A stretch of DNA of 64,000 nt from a virus (taxonomy: Duplodnaviria > Caudoviricetes): IMG/VR virus record IMGVR_UViG_3300012665_000509, positions 1-64,000 of that record; one strand, written 5' to 3'. Below, in pieces: positions 1 through 8,139 of the stretch (position 1 is the first letter of the stretch; every line of letters begins with the position of its first letter). Both the position numbers and the translations under genes were made by a program. A model generated the notes under the pieces. It made no database searches and had not been told where the DNA came from. It saw only the letters and a program-made list of their open reading frames with translations.

Positions 1-1
1 T

Positions 2-169
2 TTTGTGCGGGTTATTAATATTGAAAAGCGCAACCAAAATATTCGCGACGACATCTTAGAGATGAACGGAATGAATCCGTCATACACTAGAATGGGAGAA
101 GGCGAACATCAGGCCGCATTAAAGCGTCACAACGAAAGTGAAGGAACACCTAATGACTCAGCTGTTTAA
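2..169 (+). CDS. gp55: 3' end of T4 gp55-like late-transcription sigma factor (partial, runs off window)
   Basis: Hand translation from nt 2: FVRVINIEKRNQNIRDDILEMNGMNPSYTRM...SAV* (TAA 167-169). Resembles the gp55 C-terminal region and lies directly upstream of gp47/gp46 as in T4-like genomes; TAAATA late promoters occur throughout the window. Confidence 0.6.
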   Translation, partial: FVRVINIEKRNQNIRDDILEMNGMNPSYTRMGEGEHQAALKRHNESEGTPNDSAV

Positions 170-1166
170 GAAAGTAGCATGTTTTACAGACATACATTTT
201 GGTTTAAAATCTAACAGTAGCGTACACAACCAGGATTGCGAAGACTTCGTAGACTGGTATATTGCTAAAGCAAAGGAGGAAGGCTGTGATACTGGAATAT
301 TTATGGGGGACTGGCATCACAATCGTAATAGTCTTAACATCACTACTATGGACTATAGCCTTAGGGCCTTGGAAAAGTTGGGTCAAGCCTTTGATAACTT
401 TTACTTCTTTCCTGGCAATCATGATTTATATTACAAAGATAAGCGGGATATACATTCCGTCGAGTTTGGCAAGTATATTCCTGGGATTACTGTTGTACAC
501 GAGCCTACTACTATTGGGAACGTTACGCTGTGCCCGTGGCTTGTAGGCGACGAATGGAAGTCTATTGGTAAGAAAGGTGGCAAGTATATCTTTGGTCACT
601 TTGAATTGCCTAGCTTCTTTATGAACGCTATGGTACAAATGCCGGATCACGGTGAGATTCAATTAGACGCATTTAAAGAGTACGAGCTAGGTTTTAGCGG
701 ACACTTTCACAAGCGTCAGCAAAAAGGCAATATGGTTTATATTGGCAATGCTTTCCCGCACAACTACGCAGATGCGTGGGATGATGAACGAGGAATGATG
801 ATCCTAGAATGGGATGGTAAACCAGAATACCATAGTTGGCCTAAGCAGCCTACATTTAGAACTGTCAAGCTAAGTCAGCTTATTGACGAAGCTGACTCAT
901 TAATCTTGCCCAAGCAACATTTACGTGTTACACTAGATATTGATATCTCGTATGAAGAAGCAAGTTTTATTAAAGAAAAGTTTATTTCTGATTATGATAT
1001 TAGAGAACTTACATTAATTGCTGAAAAGAAAGAAGCAGAAATTAATACTAATATTGATATCCAAGCATTTGAATCAGTTGACCAAATTGTTTCAAGTCAG
1101 CTTGTAAACATTGACAGCGATACATATAACAAAAACACGCTACTAGCGATTTATAACAGCCTATGA
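153..1166 (+). CDS. gp47: Mre11/SbcD-like recombination nuclease subunit
   Basis: Metallophosphoesterase motifs FTDIHFG, GDWHH, GNHD, GHF, FSGHFH, YIGN. Start moved to ATG 153 (AAGGA at 141-145). Confidence 0.93.
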   Translation: MTQLFKKVACFTDIHFGLKSNSSVHNQDCEDFVDWYIAKAKEEGCDTGIFMGDWHHNRNSLNITTMDYSLRALEKLGQAFDNFYFFPGNHDLYYKDKRDIHSVEFGKYIPGITVVHEPTTIGNVTLCPWLVGDEWKSIGKKGGKYIFGHFELPSFFMNAMVQMPDHGEIQLDAFKEYELGFSGHFHKRQQKGNMVYIGNAFPHNYADAWDDERGMMILEWDGKPEYHSWPKQPTFRTVKLSQLIDEADSLILPKQHLRVTLDIDISYEEASFIKEKFISDYDIRELTLIAEKKEAEINTNIDIQAFESVDQIVSSQLVNIDSDTYNKNTLLAIYNSL

Positions 1167-2941
1167 TAAAGATTAAAGATCTAACAGTAAAAAACTTTAT
1201 GAGTGTGGGCAACCAGACTCAAGCAGTAGACTTTGGTAAGGAAAACTTAACCCTTGTGTTAGGTGAAAACTTAGACCAGGGCGGGGACGATAGTGGTTCA
1301 CGTAATGGTACAGGTAAAACTACCATTGTAAATGCGTTGAGTTTTGCCTTGTTTGGTAATGCGCTTACTAACATTAAAAAAGACAATCTAATTAACAAGA
1401 TCAATAATAAGAACATGTTAGTTACATTATCTTTTGAAAAAGACGGGACTGACTATCGCATTGAACGGGGACGCAAACCTACACTATTAAAGTTCTACGT
1501 CAACGATCAAGAGCAAGAAACAGACGAAACTGATGATGCTCAAGGCGACATGCGAGAAACACAAAAAGATGTTGATGACTTGTTAGGCATGAGTCATGAC
1601 ATGTTCAAACATATTGTAGCATTGAATACTTACACAGAGCCTTTCTTAAGTATGAAGTCGGCAGATCAACGAGTAATTATTGAGCAGTTGCTAGGAATTA
1701 CTTTGCTGTCAGAAAAGGCAGAAACACTTAAAGAAATGATTCGTACTACTAAAGACGAAATTCTACAAGAAAGTGCTAACATAGAAGCTACTAAAAAATC
1801 TAATGAAAAGATTCAGCTGAGTATTGATAGTTTGCTAACAAGACAAACTGCTTGGAATTCACAAAAAGAAAGCGACTTAGAAAAAATTGGTCGAGCTATT
1901 ATTGAATTAGAAGATGTAGATATTACAGCTGAATTAGAAGCCCACGCATTACTAAAAACTTATACAGAGCAGGCCGCTAAACTAAAGAGCCTAAACAAAG
2001 AGCGGGCAACCTTAGAGAGCGCGACAGCGCAAGCGGAGCGAAGCGTAAAAAAATACGCGAGCGAGCTTGCCGCACTAGATGGTAAAAAGTGTCACGCCTG
2101 TGAGCAGGATCTACATGATCACAAACATGAAGAAATGTCTGCTACTGCTAAAACACACTTGGCCGATGCCGAGTCGTATGCTCTTAAGGTAGCTACTGAT
2201 CTAGCTAAGATTAACAGCGAACTAACTGCTATTGGTGAGCAAACTGCTCGTCCAGACACTTACTATGACACCGTAGAAGAAGCATTAAAACACCAGAACA
2301 ATCTTAAAACGCTGGAAACACAGTTAGTTGTTAAGGCTGGTGAGAATGATCCGTATCAAGAGCAAATTGACGAACTGATGGAAACTGCCCTACAAGAAAT
2401 TACATGGGACACAGTTAACGAGCTTAACACACTCAAAGAACATCAAGAGTTCTTGCTCAAATTGTTGACATCCAAGGATTCGTTTATTCGTAAAAAGATC
2501 ATTGATCAAAACCTAGCATACTTGAACAACAGACTCACTTACTATCTTGATCGTATGGGTCTGCCTCATACTGTAGTGTTTCAAAATGACCTAACAGTTG
2601 AGATCACCCAGCTAGGGCAAGATTTAGATTTTGATAATCTAAGTCGAGGTGAGCGTAATAGACTTATCCTTGGTCTGTCATGGGCTTTCCGTGACGTGTG
2701 GGAATCACTATATCAAGGCATTAACTTGTTGTTTGTTGATGAACTTATTGACAACGGCTTAGATGCTAGTGGTGTTGAGTCAGCGTTAGCTGTGCTTAAG
2801 AAAATGGGTCGTGAACGTAAAAAGAACATTTTCTTGATATCGCACAAAGACGAACTTATTGGTCGTGTTAACAATGTACTACGTGTTATCAAAGAAAACG
2901 GATTCACTAGCTATGCTAATGATTTAGAAGTTAACGAATAA
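1163..2941 (+). CDS. gp46: Rad50/SbcC-like ATPase subunit
   Basis: KNFMS, Walker A NGTGKTT, coiled coil with zinc hook CHAC, signature LSRGE, Walker B LLFVDE, ISH; overlaps gp47 stop. Confidence 0.95.
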   Translation: MIKIKDLTVKNFMSVGNQTQAVDFGKENLTLVLGENLDQGGDDSGSRNGTGKTTIVNALSFALFGNALTNIKKDNLINKINNKNMLVTLSFEKDGTDYRIERGRKPTLLKFYVNDQEQETDETDDAQGDMRETQKDVDDLLGMSHDMFKHIVALNTYTEPFLSMKSADQRVIIEQLLGITLLSEKAETLKEMIRTTKDEILQESANIEATKKSNEKIQLSIDSLLTRQTAWNSQKESDLEKIGRAIIELEDVDITAELEAHALLKTYTEQAAKLKSLNKERATLESATAQAERSVKKYASELAALDGKKCHACEQDLHDHKHEEMSATAKTHLADAESYALKVATDLAKINSELTAIGEQTARPDTYYDTVEEALKHQNNLKTLETQLVVKAGENDPYQEQIDELMETALQEITWDTVNELNTLKEHQEFLLKLLTSKDSFIRKKIIDQNLAYLNNRLTYYLDRMGLPHTVVFQNDLTVEITQLGQDLDFDNLSRGERNRLILGLSWAFRDVWESLYQGINLLFVDELIDNGLDASGVESALAVLKKMGRERKKNIFLISHKDELIGRVNNVLRVIKENGFTSYANDLEVNE

Positions 2942-3201
2942 TGCAACAAGACGAAGAGCTACACGCAGAACTAATGCGGGCGTTTCGAGTATACTTTGAA
3001 GCCAATCAAACTTGGATTAACAAAGGTACTAAACGTTCCGCTATACGTCTGCGGCAAGCTCTTAGTGAAATTAGGCGAATTTGCTCCGAACGCAGAGTAG
3101 TAGTGCGTGAGTGGGCAGTAGAAAAAGAGGCACAACTTGACGCACGGGCAGAACGCCGCGCTCAGAAACAAGGCACAAAGAGGTCCAATGATGATAATTA
3201 G
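2941..3201 (+). CDS. small basic helical protein, Hc1 (histone H1-like) family-like
   Basis: Arg/Lys-rich KGTKRSAIRLRQALSEIRRICSERR fits the Hc1-type G-x-K-x-A-x-x-R-x-R pattern; translationally coupled to gp46. Confidence 0.5.
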   Translation: MQQDEELHAELMRAFRVYFEANQTWINKGTKRSAIRLRQALSEIRRICSERRVVVREWAVEKEAQLDARAERRAQKQGTKRSNDDN

Positions 3202-3206
3202 ACTAC

Positions 3207-3653
3207 ATGACATGGTTATATCAAAATCAGATATTAGAAACACTACCGGAAGACTGCGTAGGGTTCGTCTATGTCATTACCAATAATATCTCTGGGCGCA
3301 AATATATAGGCAAAAAGTTAGCTAAGTTTAGCAAGACCACTTACAAAGTAGTCAAGTTAAAAAATGGCACTAAAAAGAAAAAGAAGATTCGCAGTAAAAT
3401 TGACAGTGACTGGCGTGAGTATTATGGATCAAGTCCAAATCTTACAGCAGACATCGAGGCACTAGGCAAAGAAAACTTCACCAGAGAAATCTTATATTAT
3501 TGTAACTCAAAATCAGAATGTAGTTATATCGAGGCAAGAGAACAGTTTAGTCGCAGGGTTTTAGAATCCGACGATTATTACAACGGGCACATCCAGGTCA
3601 GAGTCCACGGCTCACATATTAAGAAAAACCCCCCAGGCCAAATCAACGGTTAA
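3207..3653 (+). CDS. stand-alone GIY-YIG endonuclease (148 aa)
   Basis: GFVYVITN...KYIGKK motif, later YYGSS and conserved E/N (YIEAREQF...YYNGHI); no C-terminal DNA-binding extension. Confidence 0.88.
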   Translation: MTWLYQNQILETLPEDCVGFVYVITNNISGRKYIGKKLAKFSKTTYKVVKLKNGTKKKKKIRSKIDSDWREYYGSSPNLTADIEALGKENFTREILYYCNSKSECSYIEAREQFSRRVLESDDYYNGHIQVRVHGSHIKKNPPGQING

Positions 3654-3654
3654 A

Positions 3655-3990
3655 AGCTAGCGCAGGCTAATTTCTTGCGCCCTTATACCTGGACCACGTG
3701 TCGCAGGGACGGAAACTCTCTTTGCCGTAAAGAGTGCTCAGCAACTATCCTTAACAGGACGACGATCGCAAATGCCGCGGTTTTGCTGTTTGAATAGAAT
3801 AAGGCCCAAAGAAGGGAGAAAAACCCTACGTTGTTATCAGTGTTAGCAGACCGATAATAACCGCCGTTGTGATAAAGACGGAGCTCGTGGTACCGGACAA
3901 CCGCCACTGTAATGCTCTACTGCTAGTGTGATACGTTCAACTCAGATAATGTATTTTTAATCTTTGCCCGCCCTGGGCAAAGTGTGACTG
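3655..3990 (+). ncRNA. candidate large structured non-coding element (family unassigned)
   Basis: About ten stems found by eye in ~330 nt, including a three-way junction (3739-3788) and a possible pseudoknot (3844-3849 with 3920-3925). Strand assumed from the upstream gene. Confidence 0.5.
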
Positions 3991-4008
3991 AACAATCTAG
4001 ATAATATC

Positions 4009-4099
4009 TAAGTGCTTCGCACTTAATAGTGTTTTAATAATTAAAGAAAAGAAGATAAGCTCGAGCTGTTAAGCGAAGAGCAGATGAACGTAGTTCATC
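4009..4099. repeat. short perfect inverted repeats with C-GNA-G triloops
   Basis: TAAGTGC-TTC-GCACTTA (4009-4025; minus strand reads GCGAAGC) and GATGAAC-GTA-GTTCATC (4083-4099). Confidence 0.75.
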
Positions 4100-4109
4100 G
4101 TTAAACTAG

Positions 4110-4117
4110 TATAAATA
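4110..4117 (+). promoter_or_regulatory. T4-type late promoter TATAAATA
   Basis: Exact T4 late consensus ~20 nt upstream of ATG 4139. Confidence 0.8.
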
Positions 4118-4138
4118 CCTAATAGCGAGATAATACAA

Positions 4139-4963
4139 ATGAAGATTTACGACATTATTAAAGAAGAAGAACAACAGGTAGACGAAGTTGTTGGACTACT
4201 ACGTGCCGCGGGTAATTTTATTAAGCCGGCTGTAAGTGCTGTTGGAAAGCTAGGATCTAAAACAGCTACAAAAGCACCTAAAACTAGTTTAAGTACTAAA
4301 GTTCAAAACACAAAAGCTAATGTCGTTTCTGGTTACGGTAAGACAATGGAGTTGTCCGATGAAGCTATTAAATGGTATACTCGTTACAAAGGTATTTGGG
4401 AGCCAATTAGCGAGTACCGCGAAAATATGGCTGTGTGGGAACAGAAACTTAAGAACGGTGAAATCACTGAGAAAGAATATGAGTATGCTAGAGAAAAATA
4501 TCTATCATACCTAGTTGGACGCATTGGTGCTTATGTAACAGTAAGCGGTATGATCCGTACAACTGTGTTGCCAGCAGTAGCAGGATTGAGATTATTTAGA
4601 GGTACTAGATCAGCAGGATCAACACTAAGCGTACTAGCACGTGGTGCTAACTTGTATGTTGTTACAGAATATCTAAACAGTCCAGAAGGTAAAGATCTTA
4701 TAGCCAAGGCTTTTGCCGAAGGCCCGTTAGGTGATATGGTTGCGCCGTTTATAGGCGGAAGTGCCGCTAAACTGATTGACAAGCTCCAGGGCAAAGTACG
4801 TGAAAAAGATCCAGAGGACGAAGAAGCTGAAAAAGAACCAGTTAATACCTTAGCCGGTCCTGAACCTGGATATGATCCAGCAAAGCCTCAAGACCAGGAT
4901 ACTCCAATTAATATGGTGCGCGATCCTGCTACAGGTAAATTGCGTATTAAGACTGACTATTAA
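4139..4963 (+). CDS. late-expressed hypothetical protein, possible internal head protein
   Basis: 274-aa ORF behind a late promoter; N-terminus MKIYDIIKEE resembles the T4 capsid-targeting leader MKTYQEFIAE. Confidence 0.6.
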   Translation: MKIYDIIKEEEQQVDEVVGLLRAAGNFIKPAVSAVGKLGSKTATKAPKTSLSTKVQNTKANVVSGYGKTMELSDEAIKWYTRYKGIWEPISEYRENMAVWEQKLKNGEITEKEYEYAREKYLSYLVGRIGAYVTVSGMIRTTVLPAVAGLRLFRGTRSAGSTLSVLARGANLYVVTEYLNSPEGKDLIAKAFAEGPLGDMVAPFIGGSAAKLIDKLQGKVREKDPEDEEAEKEPVNTLAGPEPGYDPAKPQDQDTPINMVRDPATGKLRIKTDY

Positions 4964-5193
4964 ACCAGCGGCATTTGTGTAGCTTTAGTAGTTTCTAAGT
5001 TGTCTTTGATGACAGTGTACATTGCTTCGCGATCGTCAAAAGAATACGAATGTAACAATTCAGCTACCGATACTCCGCCTCTCATGTACCAGCTAATTCG
5101 CATTAGCTCTTCTTTAAATTCTGTTATTTCTTTTTCTAGCCTAACTAAGTATTCTTCAATTTCTAAGGCGTTTAACTTAATTAGGCGTTCTCG
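4960..5193 (-). CDS. gp51: gp51/gpT-like tail-assembly chaperone C-terminal frame, probably reached by -1 frameshift
   Basis: Not in the ORF track. Hand translation RERLIKLNALEIEEYLVRLEKEITEFKEELMRISWYMRGGVSVAELLHSYSFDDREAMYTVIKDNLETTKATQMPLV*. The frame opens exactly at the T TTT TTC site, with an in-frame TAA immediately upstream. Confidence 0.7.
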   Translation of the reverse strand, partial: RERLIKLNALEIEEYLVRLEKEITEFKEELMRISWYMRGGVSVAELLHSYSFDDREAMYTVIKDNLETTKATQMPLV

Positions 5194-6008
5194 AAAAAAT
5201 TAGAATTATCTAGTTCAATGGCTAGTGTGTTGGTAGTATTACAGTTTTCACATACTACTACTTGATCAGGTGTTCGCCATTCTTCTTGGTTTTGCTGATA
5301 GCGTTCTTTAATTCGATCAAATATTGTTTTGTCAGTGTTTTGTAACCATTCTAAAATAAAGTCTTTTTCACTAACCACTTGATTTGACACGTTAACACTT
5401 TCAATTCCGGATGCGATAATTTGATTTTGTAATACCGCTAGCTCCTGTAGTAGCTCCGAGACAATTTTTTTACGTTCAACGTCGTCAATAATTGCGTCTG
5501 TTTGAAATATTTTTTGACGGATTTGAAAATTTTGCTGAGAGTAATCTGTTGATTCTTTGTAGGTAATTGGTCTAATTTTTACAGTTAATTCATCTAATAC
5601 AATAGAATTATTGTACTTGCATGTAGCTGTATGCTCAATAATAGTGGATAAATTAATGTCATATTCGTTTTCTGTAGAGCAGTTAGGACACACATGTTTA
5701 ACGTTCATAGTGTTACCGTAGGTAGCAATACGAATAGCAGAAAGTATTAGATCTAAGTCGATTACGCTGATATCCCAAGCATCTTTAATAAAGGGACAAC
5801 AGCTTTCAATAACCTTAACTGTGCTTTCTCCTGCTAGTAAAGCATCCGGTGTTTTCATTAGAATTTCATCCATGCCAGTCATACCAAATACAGGCATATG
5901 ACTAGCATCTCCGGCAATAGTTCCGGGTTTATTATAGACCCCATTAGACGGCAAACCAATGAAAATCTTTGGTTGTCTAAAATACTGCTGTAACGGATTT
6001 TGTGCCAT
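5181..6008 (-). CDS. gp26: T4 gp26-like baseplate hub / tail-assembly chaperone
   Basis: LPSNGVY, DEILMKTPD, DLDLILSAIRIATYG, two CxxC pairs (CPNC, CENC), ends SNFFENA; divergent from the tape-measure-like gene. Confidence 0.75.
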   Translation of the reverse strand: MAQNPLQQYFRQPKIFIGLPSNGVYNKPGTIAGDASHMPVFGMTGMDEILMKTPDALLAGESTVKVIESCCPFIKDAWDISVIDLDLILSAIRIATYGNTMNVKHVCPNCSTENEYDINLSTIIEHTATCKYNNSIVLDELTVKIRPITYKESTDYSQQNFQIRQKIFQTDAIIDDVERKKIVSELLQELAVLQNQIIASGIESVNVSNQVVSEKDFILEWLQNTDKTIFDRIKERYQQNQEEWRTPDQVVVCENCNTTNTLAIELDNSNFFENA

Positions 6009-6019
6009 TTTCTACTCCA

Positions 6020-6048
6020 GATAAATATATTGTACAACTGTATTTATA
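6020..6048. promoter_or_regulatory. divergent late promoter pair
   Basis: GATAAATA on + (6020-6027) and TATAAATA on - (6041-6048) in the 64-nt gap between gp26-like and tape-measure genes. Confidence 0.7.
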
Positions 6049-6072
6049 TGCGCAGTTTTCTAGGAAAATATA

Positions 6073-8130
6073 ATGAGTGAACCGGTCAAACTCGATAGGG
6101 AATCGTTAGAGTCTTTAGCTGATATAATCTCTCGTCGATCGTCAGGAGGCGGCACAACCTCGTCCGGTGGTGGCGGTGGTGGATCTTCTATCCCAGCAGC
6201 CAGTGGCGCCGCATTTAAAGGTGTAATTGATTCTAGTATCAATGGATTAGGTAAGCTAGCATCCGGATCATTTACTGCGGCAGATGCGTTAGGTGTAGCA
6301 ACTGGCATTATTAACAAAGTACCAGGTATTGGTGATACTATATCCAACGTAGTTGGTAAAGTTGGTACTGCTGGACTTGAACTCAATAGAGATCTTAATG
6401 AAGCGGGCAAATATGGTGTAAGTTTAAACAACGATCTTGGCATGTTTGGCAAAGGACTTGCTAATGCTCGTATGGAGTCAGGTGAGTTTGTTCGTACTTT
6501 TGAGAAAAACTCAGTTGGTCTAGGTGTACTAGGTGGAACTACTGACCGAGCAGCCAAAAACTTTTTGGCTCTGGCTAAAGACTTCCAAGAAAATCCTATA
6601 GCTAGACAACTACAAGAAACTGGTGTTGCTGCCAGTGAAATGAACGGATTCTTAGTACAGCAATTATCTAATAGACGAACATTAGACATTACCGATGCCA
6701 ACGCACGGAAATCAGCAATTGAAGCAACATTGTCATTGAATCTTGAAATGGATGCGCTGGCACGTCAAACTGGTAAGAGTCGCCAAGCGCAGATGGACGA
6801 CTTGAAAAAAGAACAGTCCAAGGCTGAAGTTCAAGCGATGTACTTACAGCTGGGGGAAAAAGGTAGACAACAGTTTGACGCAATGCAAGTCGCAATGGGT
6901 CCTTTAGGTTCTGGCGCTAGAATGTTAGCTAGTGAAATTGCTACAGGCGGAGTAAGATCTAAAGAAGGTGCCGCACAATTAGCAGCCATGGGGCCAGCAG
7001 CCGCTAGCTTCCAGGCTGCAGTTAAACAGCAAATGGCCGCAAGAACTGAAGAAGAGAAACTAGCGGCCGCGGCGGCAATGAAACGTGCCCAACAAGAAAT
7101 TACAGCGTATCAAAAAACTGATCAATATTTAAGCATGGTACGTGTAGATCGAGAAACTGATATTGGTAAAGCACGAGCTCAACAGTTAGTAGAAAATCAA
7201 TATATTAATTCTGAGCTTGCCGCTGAAAAAGAAGGTCGAGGAAAGACACAAGCAGAGATTGAAGCGGCTAGAAAGAAAGAAATTGCCGAAGCACAGTCCG
7301 GCAAACAAACAAAAGCACTAGACGGTACTGCTGACGGCAGTAAAGCTGGAAAAGCAATTAACGAAAGTAAAATTGTAGCTCAGGATATTAGAGCAGGCAT
7401 GGGGCCATATTTTGAAAAAGCCAATGACCTCGCAGGTAAAAGTGTTGACTATCTAAAAGAGATCAGCAACAATACACCAAAACTTAAAGCTATAATGAGC
7501 CAAGGTAACTCTGAAGAAAAAACAGCTCAATTTAGAGATGGCATGAGAAGTCTAACACCCGATGCGTTACTTGGCCCAACTGCTAGTAGCAATCCTGCTA
7601 ATCGACCTGCCGGCATGCCAAGCGTTACACAAAAGATGGAAGGCCGTGCTGATGGTTCGTTAGGTAGTGTAGGCAAGTTAATTGAAGACTTTGGCAAAGG
7701 TACTCCAATGATGTTACACGGTAAGGAAGGTGTTATTACCGAAAAGCAACTTAAAGATATTGTAGGCCAAACAGCTAGCATGAGTAAAAAAGCAACCGCG
7801 GCTCCACAGAATGTTATGGGACAATTTGGTCCTATGATTAGTGACATGCAGACTCAAATGAAAACAAAACTAGTTGAAGCCCAAGCACAAATGCCTACAA
7901 TTGAAAGTATGAAAGGCATGTTTGGTGGTATGGGAATACCACAAAGCGCACCGCCTACTGAAGCACCTCCAGCGCCTACAGGCGGTAATAACGCTACTCT
8001 AAATGATGTGGTTGGTAGCTTAGATAGGTTAAATACTGTGATGGCGCAACTCTTAAGTCAAAATGACGAGCTAGGCCGCCTACAAATAAGGGCTACTAAG
8101 AGCACATCTGGCAACAGATTGGCAGCATAA
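6073..8130 (+). CDS. tape-measure-like tail protein
   Basis: 685 aa, Ala/Gln/Lys-rich predicted helical, Gly/Ser-rich N-terminus, C-terminal TPMMLHGKEGVIT motif of the type seen at tape-measure ends; adjacent to the chaperone locus. Confidence 0.65.
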   Translation: MSEPVKLDRESLESLADIISRRSSGGGTTSSGGGGGGSSIPAASGAAFKGVIDSSINGLGKLASGSFTAADALGVATGIINKVPGIGDTISNVVGKVGTAGLELNRDLNEAGKYGVSLNNDLGMFGKGLANARMESGEFVRTFEKNSVGLGVLGGTTDRAAKNFLALAKDFQENPIARQLQETGVAASEMNGFLVQQLSNRRTLDITDANARKSAIEATLSLNLEMDALARQTGKSRQAQMDDLKKEQSKAEVQAMYLQLGEKGRQQFDAMQVAMGPLGSGARMLASEIATGGVRSKEGAAQLAAMGPAAASFQAAVKQQMAARTEEEKLAAAAAMKRAQQEITAYQKTDQYLSMVRVDRETDIGKARAQQLVENQYINSELAAEKEGRGKTQAEIEAARKKEIAEAQSGKQTKALDGTADGSKAGKAINESKIVAQDIRAGMGPYFEKANDLAGKSVDYLKEISNNTPKLKAIMSQGNSEEKTAQFRDGMRSLTPDALLGPTASSNPANRPAGMPSVTQKMEGRADGSLGSVGKLIEDFGKGTPMMLHGKEGVITEKQLKDIVGQTASMSKKATAAPQNVMGQFGPMISDMQTQMKTKLVEAQAQMPTIESMKGMFGGMGIPQSAPPTEAPPAPTGGNNATLNDVVGSLDRLNTVMAQLLSQNDELGRLQIRATKSTSGNRLAA

Positions 8131-8139
8131 GGATAATAG

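Noticed and set aside
3683-3907. 74-aa minus-strand ORF across the structured region
   Set aside because: No SD or recognisable motif; better explained as a chance ORF in structured DNA.
3881-3917. Group II intron domain V look-alike (GAGC...GCTC hairpin)
   Set aside because: Lower stem and bulge geometry do not fit, and there is no domain VI, GUGYG start or RT gene.
3739-3951. Group I intron resemblance (CAACTATCC followed by two hairpins, like P7/P7.1/P7.2 of T4 td; ATAATG at 3946-3951) with the GIY-YIG as its homing endonuclease
   Set aside because: No complementary P7 3' strand or GAUAUAGUC-like S element found, no 5' intron portion upstream of the ORF (5-nt gap), and no split host gene.
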